A DNA stretch of 40,843 bases from a virus: the UHGV virus genome UHGV-1472163; one strand, given 5' to 3'. This document shows, piece after piece, positions 8,600 to 18,086 of the stretch. A program made the position numbers and the translations under genes. Under the pieces are notes generated by a model. It was not told the origin of the DNA, made no database searches, and was given only the letters and a program-made list of their open reading frames with translations. Positions within the stretch are counted from its first letter, which is position 1, and each line of letters begins with the position of its first letter.

Positions 8600-8700
8600 C
8601 GTCCTGCTGATGGCTTAAATTTAAGATCTCTTTAATTAATGGTCAAGAGTGTTTTTGAAGAAAACTTAAATTTTCTTTCGTAACTTAAGTTTGGCTTTGA
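8600..8700 (-). promoter_or_regulatory. Putative PL promoter and OL operators
   Basis: On - strand TTGACC-17 nt-TAAATT; flanking AAGA/TCTT half-site-like motifs (TTTGAAGAAAACTTAAAT) resembling the OR operators. Confidence 0.35.
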
Positions 8701-8710
8701 TTTTTAAAGG

Positions 8711-8737
8711 AAATAAAAAAAAGGGGCGAATGCCCCC
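8711..8737 (-). terminator. Rho-independent terminator after c2
   Basis: GGGGGCATTCGCCCC hairpin immediately after c2 stop followed by T8-9 on - strand. Confidence 0.5.
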
Positions 8738-9388
8738 TTATGGAAGGTTTGCTAGTTTTGCATCGACAACTACGCCGATGATTTTGCAGTTTCCGTTGAT
8801 CTCGATCATCGGATATTGTGGGTTAAGTGGTTTTAGAAACTTCCTGCCTGCATCAATAACTAACTTCTTGAAAGTTGCCTCGTTTTCTCCTTCGAGCTTT
8901 GCAACTACCAGTTTCCCGTTACGCGGCTCTACTTCAGGATCGACGAGTATTATCATTCCTTCAGGGATACTGAGACCGGCCGGAGCCGTCATTGAGTCTC
9001 CCTTCACGTCCAACCAAAACGAATCTTCTGAACAGTCTACGGTTGTATCGTACCAGTTATCTATTGCACGCTTATGATATGGTTCTACAGCTTCCATCCA
9101 GCATCCTGCGCTCACCCAGCTAATCAGAGGGTATGACCCTCTTGGATCATGCCTACTGTGATAGGCAATGTTTGAAAGACTTTCCTCTCCTTTCATCAGA
9201 TAGTCAGGGGAACACTTCAACGCATTAGCCAGGGCGAGAAGATTCTCTCCATTTGGCTCTGTCTCAGAGCGTTCCCACTGAGATATGGCAACATTAGACA
9301 CGCCGACCATCTTTCCAAGTGCGGCCTGCCTGATCTTGAGTTCTTTTCTCCGAGCGCGAATGCGCTCTCCCATCAATTGAGTTTTCAT
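8738..9388 (-). CDS. c2: Prophage repressor, P22 C2 type (HTH plus S24 LexA-like peptidase domain)
   Basis: 216-aa ORF closely matching P22 C2 as recalled (MKTQLMGERIRARRK...GVVVDAKLANLP); divergent from cro across operator region. Confidence 0.9.
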   Translation of the reverse strand: MKTQLMGERIRARRKELKIRQAALGKMVGVSNVAISQWERSETEPNGENLLALANALKCSPDYLMKGEESLSNIAYHSRHDPRGSYPLISWVSAGCWMEAVEPYHKRAIDNWYDTTVDCSEDSFWLDVKGDSMTAPAGLSIPEGMIILVDPEVEPRNGKLVVAKLEGENEATFKKLVIDAGRKFLKPLNPQYPMIEINGNCKIIGVVVDAKLANLP

Positions 9389-9468
9389 AGTTAAGACATC
9401 TTAAATAAACTTGACTTAAGATTCCTTTAGTGGATAATTTAAGTGTTCTTTAATTTCGGAGCGAGTCT
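9389..9468. promoter_or_regulatory. OR operator region with PR (rightward) and PRM (leftward)
   Basis: P22-type operator palindromes (TTAAGACATCTTAAAT; ATTTAAGTGTTCTTTAAT); PR TTGACT-17-GATAAT upstream of cro ATG. Confidence 0.6.
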
Positions 9469-9654
9469 ATGTACAAGAAAGATGTTATCGACCACTTCGG
9501 AACCCAGCGTGCTGTAGCTAAAGCGTTAGGCATTAGCGACGCAGCAGTCTCTCAGTGGAAGGAAGTCATCCCAGAGAAAGACGCCTATCGACTGGAAGTC
9601 GTTACAGCTGGCGCCCTGAAGTATCAAGAAAGCGCTTACCGCAAAGCGGCATAA
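9469..9654 (+). CDS. cro: Cro repressor (P22 type)
   Basis: 61-aa ORF MYKKDVIDHFGTQRAVAKALGISDAAVSQWK... matching P22 Cro as recalled. Confidence 0.85.
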   Translation: MYKKDVIDHFGTQRAVAKALGISDAAVSQWKEVIPEKDAYRLEVVTAGALKYQESAYRKAA

Positions 9655-9661
9655 GCAAATT

Positions 9662-9705
9662 GCTCTTTAACAGTCATGGTCCTCATTCCCGCCGAAATGC
9701 GGGAA
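9662..9705 (+). promoter_or_regulatory. nutR: boxA (GCTCTTTAACA) plus boxB hairpin
   Basis: GCTCTTTAACA then TCCCGCCGAAATGCGGGAA hairpin downstream of cro; same elements as nutL. Confidence 0.55.
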
Positions 9706-9762
9706 TACAACGCGCATAAGTTGATGCGCATAACTTCTTATTTGTTAAGGAAATACTTACAT

Positions 9763-10059
9763 ATGGTTCGTGCAAACAAACGCAACGAGGCTCTAAGAAT
9801 CGAGAGTGCGTTGCTTAACAAAATCGCAATGCTTGGAACTGAGAAGACAGCGGAAGCTGTGGGAGTTGATAAGTCGCAGATCAGCAGGTGGAAGAGGGAC
9901 TGGATTCCAAAGTTCTCAATGCTGCTTGCTGTTCTTGAATGGGGTGTCGTTGACGACGACATGGCTCGATTGGCACGACAAGTTGCTTCGATTCTCACCA
10001 ATAAAAAACGCCCGGTGTGCAAGACCGAGCGTTCTGATCAAATACAAATGGAATTTTAA
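9763..10059 (+). CDS. cII: CII transcriptional activator (lambda type)
   Basis: Track ORF 9676..10059 trimmed to MVRANKRNEALRIESALLNKIAMLGTEKTAEAVGVDKSQISRWKRDWIPKF..., matching lambda CII as recalled; upstream extension would read through nutR. Confidence 0.85.
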   Translation: MVRANKRNEALRIESALLNKIAMLGTEKTAEAVGVDKSQISRWKRDWIPKFSMLLAVLEWGVVDDDMARLARQVASILTNKKRPVCKTERSDQIQMEF

Positions 10060-10081
10060 CAACATCCAACGAGGTAATTAT

Positions 10082-10354
10082 ATGCGAAACAAAGGCTTTA
10101 ATCCACCTGATACACACAAAGAAGCTAAGCGTTTGCGCTTCCTTCGTTCCATTGATGAAAGAACTCAAATCTCTTTTGTGAAAGTTGCCAGAACTGAGCT
10201 TCTGAAGGCTGAGGCGAGGGCGTTGCTCCCGTCTCTACCAAAAGAGGAGGGATATACGTTCATTCCAAACGCATTTCTGGAAAAGCTTCTCAAAGAAGAC
10301 ATATCCGTAAGTCAGTTTAACGATGTTCTTAAGGTCTTTCGTCAAGGCAGGTAG
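10082..10354 (+). CDS. Hypothetical protein (90 aa) between cII and the replication genes
   Basis: In-frame Met93 of track ORF 9806..10354 (MRNKGFNPPDTHKEAKRLRF...); stop overlaps next start. Confidence 0.5.
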   Translation: MRNKGFNPPDTHKEAKRLRFLRSIDERTQISFVKVARTELLKAEARALLPSLPKEEGYTFIPNAFLEKLLKEDISVSQFNDVLKVFRQGR

Positions 10355-10356
10355 TT

Positions 10357-11304
10357 ATGAGCAATACAGCAAAAATCTACGATTTCAGCGCCGCACACGA
10401 GCGCAGGAGCAACAGGATGGAGAACCAGAAAACTGGTTACATTCCGTTGTACCGGAGCATTCTGAAACAGTCATGGGCGAAAGATGTTTATCTTCGCACC
10501 CTGTGGGAAAACCTTCTCCTGAATGCCGCCAGAAAGCCATACAAAGCGAATTTCAAAGGTCATGAATGGCATCTGCAACCCGGTCAACTGGTTGTGACAG
10601 CAGCTGATTTAGGTCTTCAGTTATGCGACAGGCATGGCAAGCCAGCAAGCCGCGATCAGGTTGAGCGGATGCTTCAGGTTTTTGTGAAAGAGGGGATGAT
10701 CTCCATTGATGGAGAGAAGCAAAAAGGTCGTGTGATCACCATCACAAATTACCATGAATATGCTCAAAAAATGGACAATTCACCCGCACATGAAGCCGCA
10801 CAAACAACCGCACATGATGCCGCACATGATGAAGCCAGTAATGGCGCGGCTTTCAGCGTACATGCCACACATGAAAGCGCACATGAAGCCGCACAAACAA
10901 CCGCACATCATGAACAAGAAGGTATTAACAAGAATATAAATAATACCCCCCTACCCCCCAATGGGGGAGGCGATGGGCAGGTTAAACCTGAACGTCGCAA
11001 GGCAGAACGAATCGACTACGAATCCTTCCTGAACGCCTACAACACCGAAGTCGGTGACAGACTTCCACATGCTGTTGCGGTCAACGAGAAACGCAAACGC
11101 CGCCTGAAGAAAATCATCCCGCAACTGAAAACGCCAAACGTGGACGGTTTCAGAGCGTATGTCAGGGCGTTTGTGCATCAGGCCAAGCCGTTTTACTTCG
11201 GAGACAACGACACGGGCTGGACGGCAGATTTTGATTACCTGCTGAGGGAAGACTCGTTAACGGGAGTTCGGGAAGGGAAGTTTGCAGACAGGGGGATTGC
11301 ATGA
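10357..11304 (+). CDS. Replication initiator, lambda O-like
   Basis: 315-aa ORF in O position upstream of helicase; contains internal iteron repeats and an AT-rich tract; repeated [10 protein letters not shown] linker. Confidence 0.7.
   Translation: MSNTAKIYDFSAAHERRSNRMENQKTGYIPLYRSILKQSWAKDVYLRTLWENLLLNAARKPYKANFKGHEWHLQPGQLVVTAADLGLQLCDRHGKPASRDQVERMLQVFVKEGMISIDGEKQKGRVITITNYHEYAQKMDNSPAHEAAQTTAHDAAHDEASNGAAFSVHATHESAHEAAQTTAHHEQEGINKNINNTPLPPNGGGDGQVKPERRKAERIDYESFLNAYNTEVGDRLPHAVAVNEKRKRRLKKIIPQLKTPNVDGFRAYVRAFVHQAKPFYFGDNDTGWTADFDYLLREDSLTGVREGKFADRGIA
10783..10946. repeat. Putative origin of replication: iterons (CCGCACATGA-type) plus AT-rich tract inside the O-like gene
   Basis: At least five CGCACATGA/CGCACAAAC units in two blocks (about 10783-10838, 10877-10915), then GGTATTAACAAGAATATAAATAATAC. 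Confidence 0.55.
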
Positions 11305-12677
11305 GACAGGATATCGAAGCGAGCGTTATCGGCGGTCTGCTGATTGGTGGATTAACACCAACCGCCAGTGACGTTCTGGCAACGCTGGAGCCGGAAGCGT
11401 TTTCAATTCCGCTCTACCGGAAAGCCTTCGAGGTTATCCGCAAGCAGGCGCGAAACAGAAACCTAATCGACGCGCTGATGGTTGCCGAGGCGTGCGGAGA
11501 GGAGCATTTCACGTCAATCCTGATGACCAGCAAAAACTGCCCGAGTGCCGCAAACCTGAAGGGATATGCCGGAATGGTCGCGGATAACTATCACCGCCGT
11601 CTGGTGCTGGAAATCATGGATGAAATGCGTGAACCAATCCAAAGCGGAACCATCGACGCATCGAGTCAGGCGATGGATGAACTTGTAAAGCGTCTCTCAG
11701 CCATCAGAAAGCCCCGTGACGAGGTTAAACCGGTACGCTTAGGGGAAATCATCACTGACTACACCGACACACTTGACAGGCGTCTGAGGAACGGAGAAGA
11801 GTCAGATACCCTGAAGACCGGAATCGAAGAACTTGACGCCATCACCGGAGGGATGAACGCAGAAGACCTGGTGATAATCGCTGCTCGTCCTGGTATGGGG
11901 AAAACCGAGCTGGCGCTGAAGATTGCCGAAGGCGTTGCAAACCGCGTTATTCCTGGTTCTGACGTCCGGCGCGGAGTGTTGATTTTCTCGATGGAAATGA
12001 GCGCATTGCAGATTGCAGAGCGAAGCATTGCCAACGCCGGGAGGATGTCGGTTAGTGTGCTGCGAAATCCTGCAGCGATGGATGACGAAGGCTGGGCGCG
12101 CGTTGCTAACGGCATGAGTCAGCTTGCGGATTTGGATGTATGGGTAGTCGATGCCTCGCGGTTATCGGTCGAAGAAATACGCTCAATCGCAGAACGGCAC
12201 AAACAGGAAAATCCAAACCTGTCACTCATCATGGCGGATTATCTTGGACTGATTGAGAAGCCGAAAGCAGACCGCAACGACCTCGCAATTGCTCACATCT
12301 CCGGAAGCCTGAAGGCGATGGCGAAAGACCTGAAAACGCCTGTTATCTCCCTGAGTCAGCTTTCGCGCGATGTTGAGAAGCGACCAAACAAACGCCCGAC
12401 AAACGCAGATTTGCGTGATTCAGGAAGCATTGAACAGGACGCAGACTCAATCATCATGCTCTATCGGGAAGCGGTATATGACGAGAACAGTAGCGCCGCG
12501 CCATTTGCTGAAATCATCGTGACGAAAAACCGTTTTGGCTCGCTTGGTACGGTTTACCAGCGATTCTGTAACGGACACTTTGTTGCATGTGACCAGGATG
12601 AGGCCAGACAGATTTGCACAGCATCAAATGCACCTGCTGCGCGTGGCAGACGATATGCACAAGGGGCTGACGTATGA
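11301..12677 (+). CDS. Replicative DNA helicase, DnaB family (P22 gp12-like)
   Basis: 458-aa ORF with Walker A GMGKTE and DnaB-like C-terminal RecA fold; start overlaps O-like stop. Confidence 0.9.
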   Translation: MRQDIEASVIGGLLIGGLTPTASDVLATLEPEAFSIPLYRKAFEVIRKQARNRNLIDALMVAEACGEEHFTSILMTSKNCPSAANLKGYAGMVADNYHRRLVLEIMDEMREPIQSGTIDASSQAMDELVKRLSAIRKPRDEVKPVRLGEIITDYTDTLDRRLRNGEESDTLKTGIEELDAITGGMNAEDLVIIAARPGMGKTELALKIAEGVANRVIPGSDVRRGVLIFSMEMSALQIAERSIANAGRMSVSVLRNPAAMDDEGWARVANGMSQLADLDVWVVDASRLSVEEIRSIAERHKQENPNLSLIMADYLGLIEKPKADRNDLAIAHISGSLKAMAKDLKTPVISLSQLSRDVEKRPNKRPTNADLRDSGSIEQDADSIIMLYREAVYDENSSAAPFAEIIVTKNRFGSLGTVYQRFCNGHFVACDQDEARQICTASNAPAARGRRYAQGADV

Positions 12678-12943
12678 ATAAAAAACAATTAGCCATTCTC
12701 GAAAAGGCATGGGATGCACAAATATCATGCGCTTTGAAAGAACAGGCACTACCAATAATCCAGACCAAATCGAAAATAGCCAGGCAGTTATGCGATGACG
12801 GATTCCTGAACGAAGTTGAGATTACGCGCCAGATGGTAACGTTCAAAGGGTATGAGATAAATCATCATGGTATAGCGGCGTATTGCTCCCATCTTCCTGA
12901 TGACGTTGACATTGATGAAATGGAAAGGGAGATGAAGCAATGA
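12674..12943 (+). CDS. Hypothetical nin-region protein (89 aa)
   Basis: Track ORF, start overlapping helicase stop. Confidence 0.55.
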   Translation: MNKKQLAILEKAWDAQISCALKEQALPIIQTKSKIARQLCDDGFLNEVEITRQMVTFKGYEINHHGIAAYCSHLPDDVDIDEMEREMKQ

Positions 12944-12968
12944 CCATCTACATTACTGAGCTAATAAC

Positions 12969-12999
12969 AGGCCTGCTGGTAATCGCAGGCCTTTTTATT
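12969..12999 (+). terminator. Rho-independent terminator
   Basis: Perfect 8-bp stem AGGCCTGC/GCAGGCCT with 8-nt loop followed by TTTTTATTT. Confidence 0.5.
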
Positions 13000-13015
13000 T
13001 GGGGGAGAGTAAATC

Positions 13016-13222
13016 GTGGTTGAGTTGATTTTCTCTGCATTGAGGATTCTCGGTGCTATGTGGATGGTGTCGACGTTCATTGTGGTTGTCGGAAGTTTTG
13101 TCCGGTTGGTAGGCGAAGGTAAAGACCTGGTGGGTGTGCTTTTCGGTAGCATTTTCCTGTGGGTGATTATCGGTGTTATGCCTGTTGTCGTTGCAAAAGT
13201 GGCGTTTTGTGAGTTGAACTGA
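13016..13222 (+). CDS. Hypothetical small membrane protein (GTG start)
   Basis: Track ORF; two predicted hydrophobic helices; GGGGGAGAG Shine-Dalgarno upstream. Confidence 0.4.
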   Translation: MVELIFSALRILGAMWMVSTFIVVVGSFVRLVGEGKDLVGVLFGSIFLWVIIGVMPVVVAKVAFCELN

Positions 13223-13234
13223 GGGTAAGTATCG

Positions 13235-13597
13235 ATGGACGAATCAAGAAAGCAGTTTGAAGAAAGTTGGTTGCGACGTGGAGGCGAATCCTCAGACCTT
13301 ATCCGTTACCCTGAAAATCACCATGAAATTGGCAGTGGTGATATTGGTGGTCAATACGTGATGGACGATGTTCAAGGCCACTGGCAAACGTGGCAGGCAT
13401 CGCGAGCAGCTATTGAACTGGATATCGACTGGCCCGAATCGAATGACGACTTTTGGAAAGATGGTGAAGAAGGTGCTTATGCGATGGGTTATGAGGATGG
13501 GAGAGACAAAACGGTAATTGCAGTAATGAAAGCTATCAGAGCCGCTGGAATTAAAGAGAAGAATTTCGATGAAGCAAACAATCTTCCTCCGAACTAA
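13235..13597 (+). CDS. Hypothetical acidic protein (120 aa)
   Basis: Track ORF in nin region. Confidence 0.55.
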   Translation: MDESRKQFEESWLRRGGESSDLIRYPENHHEIGSGDIGGQYVMDDVQGHWQTWQASRAAIELDIDWPESNDDFWKDGEEGAYAMGYEDGRDKTVIAVMKAIRAAGIKEKNFDEANNLPPN

Positions 13598-13979
13598 GCA
13601 ACAACAGCAAGCCGCAATCAACGCCATCCTCGCAACACCACTCGATAAAGACAAGCCAGTCACCATCCGCATTACTGACTACAAGCGCAACCTTGACCAG
13701 AACGCAAAATTTCACGTGATGCTGGCGGATATCGCTCGTCAGGTTCAATGGTGCGGCAAATGGTTAAAACCGGAACAATGGAAGGTTTTGTTGATCAGCG
13801 GTCATGCAGTGGCAACAAACCTGGAAGCTGATGTTTTGCCCGGGCTTGAAGGCGAATACGTCAACATTCGCGAAAGCAGCGCGCAGATGAGCGTGAAGCG
13901 CATGGCAAGTCTGATCGAGTACACAACAGCCTGGGCTATTGGTCAGGGTGTCAGATTTACCGACAGGAGGTACGAATGA
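13569..13979 (+). CDS. ninB: NinB recombination protein
   Basis: 136-aa ORF resembling lambda NinB as recalled (TI.ERNRSLDQN.K). Confidence 0.8.
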   Translation: MKQTIFLRTKQQQQAAINAILATPLDKDKPVTIRITDYKRNLDQNAKFHVMLADIARQVQWCGKWLKPEQWKVLLISGHAVATNLEADVLPGLEGEYVNIRESSAQMSVKRMASLIEYTTAWAIGQGVRFTDRRYE

Positions 13980-14152
13980 GACGACAGCGACGAAGTATCA
14001 CCGACATAATCTGCGAAAACTGCAAATACCTTCCAACGAAACGCTCCAGAAATAAACCCAAGCCAATCCCAAAAGAATCTGACGTAAAAACCTTCAACTA
14101 CACGGCTCACCTGTGGGATATCCGGTGGCTAAGACATCGTGCGAGGAAATGA
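13976..14152 (+). CDS. ninE: NinE protein
   Basis: Hand-translated 58-aa [61 protein letters not shown], near-identical to lambda NinE as recalled. Confidence 0.75.
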   Translation: MRRQRRSITDIICENCKYLPTKRSRNKPKPIPKESDVKTFNYTAHLWDIRWLRHRARK

Positions 14153-14556
14153 CAATGCTTTTAATTCAACCTGGATTTGGCCTTAGCATCAAAAAAGGGC
14201 ACATGTTCGGCGAGAAAGAGTCTCAACGAAAAATGGTGTCTATCCGGTTGCCATTTATCAGTATTTATTGGCTAAACAGGGAGGCAACAAATTATTGGTA
14301 TACATGCGCCAGAGCAGCATTTAACGACCCTGAGTGGTTTGTAGAAAACCATCACGCTGTTCGTCAGGCAAAGAGAAAGGCCGAAACGACATACATGAAG
14401 GCGTATCGAAAAGCATGGAAAGAACACAGCGATCGATACCAACAAGACATGGAAAAGCTTGAATCAGAAAACATGGAATTAAGACGAAAGCTTGGTGAAG
14501 CAAAACGAGATATTGATGCTTACAAGCGACTTTTTAATGGTGAAAGCCATGCTTAG
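14149..14556 (+). CDS. Hypothetical nin-region protein (135 aa)
   Basis: In-frame Met13 of track ORF 14113..14556; ATGA overlap with ninE stop. Confidence 0.5.
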   Translation: MTMLLIQPGFGLSIKKGHMFGEKESQRKMVSIRLPFISIYWLNREATNYWYTCARAAFNDPEWFVENHHAVRQAKRKAETTYMKAYRKAWKEHSDRYQQDMEKLESENMELRRKLGEAKRDIDAYKRLFNGESHA

Positions 14557-14725
14557 TCCATCCCAATCCATTCAATACCAGAAAGAAAGCGTCGAGCGGG
14601 CTTTAACGTGCGCTAACTGCGGTCAGAAGCTGCATGTGCTGGAAGTTCACGTGTGTGAGCACTGCTGCGCAGAACTGATGAGCGATCCGAATAGCTCAAT
14701 GTACGAGGAAGAAGACGATGAATGA
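14549..14725 (+). CDS. ninF: NinF protein
   Basis: Track ORF 14492..14725 trimmed to [44 protein letters not shown]..., matching lambda NinF as recalled. Confidence 0.7.
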   Translation: MLSPSQSIQYQKESVERALTCANCGQKLHVLEVHVCEHCCAELMSDPNSSMYEEEDDE

Positions 14726-15440
14726 GTTAATAAATGGCAATGCCATCAAAATGACAAGCATTGAAATCGCTGAGTTGGTGGGAAGTCGTCATGACAAGGT
14801 GAAACAATCTATTGAACGACTGGCGGCTCGAGGTGTGATCCGAAATCCCCCAATGGTGGTTTTCGAAAAAATCAATAACTTAGGATTACTTCGTGGCGTA
14901 GAGGCTTACGTTTTTGAGGGCGAACAAGGTAAGCGAGACAGTATTGTCGTTGTAGCCCAGTTGTCGCCGGAATTCACCGCTCGTCTTGTTGATCGTTGGC
15001 GAGAGCTTGAAGAAACTACGGTTAATATCCCCAAAACGCTACCGGAAGCGTTGCGCCTTGCTGCTGATCTTGCTGAGAAGAAAATGCAACTGGAAAACCA
15101 GCTCGCAATTGCCGCACCTAAAGTTGAGTTTGCCGATCGCGTTGGCGAGGCCAGCGGAATTTTGATTGGAAACTTTGCAAAGGTTGTTGGAATTGGTCCA
15201 AACAAACTGTTTGCGTGGATGCGCGATCACAAAATCCTTATTGCTTCAGGTTCCCGGCGCAATGTGCCAATGCAGGAATATATGGATCGCGGCTATTTCA
15301 CAGTGAAAGAAACAGCGGTCAACACAAATCACGGAATACAGATATCGTTCACCACAAAAATCACCGGGCGTGGTCAACAGTGGCTGACCAGAAAGCTGCT
15401 CGATAACGGAATGCTGAAAGTAACAGGGGAGGCTGCTTAA
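14718..15440 (+). CDS. Phage regulatory/antirepressor protein (Rha-like N-terminus, KilAC-like C-terminus)
   Basis: 240-aa ORF; domain pattern recognised by eye, not searched. Confidence 0.6.
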   Translation: MNELINGNAIKMTSIEIAELVGSRHDKVKQSIERLAARGVIRNPPMVVFEKINNLGLLRGVEAYVFEGEQGKRDSIVVVAQLSPEFTARLVDRWRELEETTVNIPKTLPEALRLAADLAEKKMQLENQLAIAAPKVEFADRVGEASGILIGNFAKVVGIGPNKLFAWMRDHKILIASGSRRNVPMQEYMDRGYFTVKETAVNTNHGIQISFTTKITGRGQQWLTRKLLDNGMLKVTGEAA

Positions 15441-15730
15441 TGGCTAATCTACGCAAAGAAGCACGCGGCAGAGAATGCCAGGTACGTATTTACGGCGTAT
15501 GCAATGGCAATCCTGAAACTACAGTTCTGGCACATTACCGGATGGCTGGAATTTGCGGAACGGGAATGAAGCCTGACGACCTGATCGGCGCATGGGCTTG
15601 TAGCGCGTGTCACGATGAAATCGACCGACGCACCTATAATCTCGACAACAAAGACGCCAGACTTTACCACCTCGAAGGCGTGATCAGGACGCAGGCGATA
15701 CTGCTGAAGGAGGGGAAGATTAAGTCATGA
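15440..15730 (+). CDS. ybcO: YbcO-like protein (DUF1364; putative nuclease)
   Basis: 96-aa ORF MANLRKEARGRECQVRIYGVCNGNPETTVLAHY...ACSACHDEIDRR, similar to E. coli DLP12 YbcO as recalled. Confidence 0.65.
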   Translation: MANLRKEARGRECQVRIYGVCNGNPETTVLAHYRMAGICGTGMKPDDLIGAWACSACHDEIDRRTYNLDNKDARLYHLEGVIRTQAILLKEGKIKS

Positions 15731-16251
15731 ACGGTAAAAGATATCCAACACAAAAAGAAATCAATGAATTGTATGAATATAATAGCGAAACAGGTTTGTT
15801 TATATACAAGAGAAGAGAAAGTGTAAGAGAGTGCTGGAATTCAACATATGCCGGTAAGATTGCTGGTTCTATAGATGAAAAAGGATACGTTCGTATATCT
15901 GTAAATAAAAAAGTTTGTCGAGCTCATAGAATCGCATGGATATCCTTTTATGGAAGTGAACCTGATGGGGAAATTGATCACATAAATGGAATTAAAAGCG
16001 ATAACAGAATATGCAATTTGCGCGTTGTAGATGATAAACAGAACTCAAGGAACAGAAAAAAGCCTATTAATAATCGCTCTGGAGTAATGGGGGTTGCCTA
16101 CTATAAGAAGAATAAAAAGTGGGGCGCATATATAAACAGTGATAATAAAAAGATATTTCTTGGATTATACGATGACATATCTCTAGCCGTTAATGCCAGA
16201 AAATTGGCGGAATCACGATTGGGGTATCACCATAATCATGGGAGAGGATAA
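15727..16251 (+). CDS. HNH endonuclease (homing-endonuclease-like)
   Basis: 174-aa ORF in an AT-rich segment; HNH motif region (EIDHINGIKSDNRICNLRVV..QN) and AP2-like C-terminus (GVAYYKKNKKWGAYI). Confidence 0.7.
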   Translation: MNGKRYPTQKEINELYEYNSETGLFIYKRRESVRECWNSTYAGKIAGSIDEKGYVRISVNKKVCRAHRIAWISFYGSEPDGEIDHINGIKSDNRICNLRVVDDKQNSRNRKKPINNRSGVMGVAYYKKNKKWGAYINSDNKKIFLGLYDDISLAVNARKLAESRLGYHHNHGRG

Positions 16252-16614
16252 ATGGCAGAATACAGATTCACACTTCCGTACCCACCGTCGCTGAACACCT
16301 ACTGGCGAAGAAGGGGAAGCCAATACTACATCAGCGATAAAGGCCAGAAATACCGAAAAGATGTACAGCAAATAATCCGCCAACTCAAGTTAGACATTTT
16401 CACCAAATCACGACTCCGCATCAAAGTCATCGCAGACGTTCCAGACTCCCGCCGCCGCGACCTCGACAATATCCTGAAAGGTTTACTCGACTCCCTTATC
16501 CACGCCGGATTTGCGGAAGACGACGAGCAATTCGATGACATTCGCGTAATTCGTGGCGTGAAAGTACCAGGCGGAAGGCTTGGAATAAAAATCACCGAAC
16601 TGGAGAACGCATGA
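16252..16614 (+). CDS. rusA: RusA Holliday-junction resolvase
   Basis: 120-aa ORF with RusA-family pattern (LPYPPSLNTYWRRRG...DLDNILKGLLDSL). Confidence 0.8.
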   Translation: MAEYRFTLPYPPSLNTYWRRRGSQYYISDKGQKYRKDVQQIIRQLKLDIFTKSRLRIKVIADVPDSRRRDLDNILKGLLDSLIHAGFAEDDEQFDDIRVIRGVKVPGGRLGIKITELENA

Positions 16615-16799
16615 ACGCCACAATTCAAACGATACCAGAGCTTCTTATCCAGACACGAGGCAATCAGACCGAAGTGGCGAGGATGCTTTCCTGCGCAAGA
16701 GGAACAGTGCTCAAGTACAACCGAGACAGCAAAGGCGAGCGTCACGTAATAGTTAACGGCGTCCTGATGGTCACGCCAGGCAAAAAGGGAAGACGATGA
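16611..16799 (+). CDS. ninH: NinH protein
   Basis: 62-aa ORF (YGNQTEVARMLSCARGTVLKY) resembling lambda NinH as recalled. Confidence 0.7.
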   Translation: MNATIQTIPELLIQTRGNQTEVARMLSCARGTVLKYNRDSKGERHVIVNGVLMVTPGKKGRR

Positions 16800-17419
16800 G
16801 ACTCGAAAGCGTAGCTAAATTTCATTCGCCAAAAAGCCCGATGATGAGCGACTCACCACGGGCCACGGCTTCTGACTCTCTTTCCGGTACTGATGTGATG
16901 GCTGCTATGGGGATGGCGCAATCACAGGCCGGATTCGGAATGGCTGCATTCTGTGGTAAGCACGAACTCAGCCAGAATGACAAACAAAAGGCTATCAACT
17001 ATCTGATGCAATTTGCACACAAGGTATCGGGGAAATACCGTGGTGTGGCAAAGCTCGAAGGAAATACTAAGGCAAAGGTACTGCAAGTGCTCGCAACATT
17101 CGCTTATGCGGATTATTGCCGTAGTGCCGCGACGCCGGGCGCAAGATGCAGAGATTGCCACGGTACAGGCCGTGCGGTTGATATAGCCAAAACGGAGCAG
17201 TGGGGGAGAGTTGTTGAGAAAGAATGCGGAAGATGCAAAGGTGTCGGCTATTCAAGAATGCCAGCAAGCGCCGCATATCGCGCTGTAACGATGCTAATCC
17301 CAAACCTTACCCAACCCACCTGGTCACGCACTGTTAAGCCGCTGTATGACGCTCTGGTGGTGCAATGCCACAAGGAAGAGTCAATCGCAGACAATATTTT
17401 GAATGCGGTCACACGTTAG
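16796..17419 (+). CDS. Q: Late-gene antiterminator Q (lambda type)
   Basis: 207-aa ORF matching lambda Q as recalled along its length (MRLESVAKFHSPKSPMMSD...NILNAVTR). Confidence 0.85.
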   Translation: MRLESVAKFHSPKSPMMSDSPRATASDSLSGTDVMAAMGMAQSQAGFGMAAFCGKHELSQNDKQKAINYLMQFAHKVSGKYRGVAKLEGNTKAKVLQVLATFAYADYCRSAATPGARCRDCHGTGRAVDIAKTEQWGRVVEKECGRCKGVGYSRMPASAAYRAVTMLIPNLTQPTWSRTVKPLYDALVVQCHKEESIADNILNAVTR

Positions 17420-17461
17420 CAGCATGATTGCCACGGATGGCAACATATTAACGGCATGATA

Positions 17462-17495
17462 TTGACTTTTTGAATAAAGTTGGGTAAATTTGACT
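17462..17495 (+). promoter_or_regulatory. Late promoter pR' with qut region
   Basis: TTGACT-17 nt-TAAATT directly downstream of Q; sequence closely resembles lambda pR'/qut as recalled. Confidence 0.6.
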
Positions 17496-17496
17496 C

Positions 17497-17690
17497 AACG
17501 ATGGGTTAATTCGCTCGTTGTGGTAGTGAGATAAAAAGAGGCGGCGCTTACTACCGATTCCGCCTAGTTGGTCACTTCGACGCATCGTCTGGAACTCCAA
17601 CCATCGCAGGCTGAGAGGTCTGTAAAATGCAATCCCGAAACAGTTCGCAGGTAATAGTTAGAGCCTGCATAACGGTTTCGGGATTTTTTA
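17497..17690 (+). ncRNA. Short late leader transcript (lambda 6S-like) ending at tR'
   Basis: Interval between pR' start region and tR' terminator; inferred by analogy with lambda, boundaries approximate. Confidence 0.4.
17631..17690 (+). terminator. tR' Rho-independent terminator
   Basis: Long hairpin CCCGAAAC...GTTTCGGG followed by ATTTTTTAT. Confidence 0.6.
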
Positions 17691-18086
17691 TATCTGTGCA
17701 ACAGGTAAGAGCATTCTCCTTTATGGGGCTTGGTTTAAATGCATTGAGTGCTCTTTCCGTTGTGCTGAATTAAGCGAATGCCGGAAGCAGAACCGGATCA
17801 CCAAATGCGTACAGGCGTCATCGCCGCCCAGTAACAGCACAACCCAAACTGAGCCGTAGCCACTGGCTATCCTGAACTCATCAGTGATAGTTACGCTGCG
17901 GCCTTCTACACATGACCTCGTGAAAGCGGGTGGCAAGAGGTTGCGCTAACAACCTCCTGCCGTTTTGCCCGTGCATATCGGTCACGAACAAATCTGATTA
18001 CTAAACACAGTAGCCTGGATTTGTTCTATCAGTAATCGACCTTATTCCTAATTAAATAGAGCAAATCCCCTTATTGGGGGTAAGAC

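Noticed and set aside
9676-9762. Upstream in-frame start for cII (track start at 9676)
   Set aside because: It would translate through the nutR boxA/boxB elements; the internal Met gives the canonical CII N-terminus MVRANKRNE.
10783-10915. Possible CRISPR-like array
   Set aside because: The repeats are short (9-10 bp), lack uniform spacers and sit within a coding gene; they are consistent with origin iterons, not CRISPR.
10754-10939. His/Pro-rich 61-aa ORF ([22 protein letters not shown]...)
   Set aside because: It is an alternative-frame artefact of the iteron repeats inside the O-like gene.
17721-17936. 71-aa minus-strand ORF between tR' and the holin gene
   Set aside because: Lies in the late leader region that matches the lambda non-coding sequence as recalled; no convincing RBS; antisense to the late transcript.
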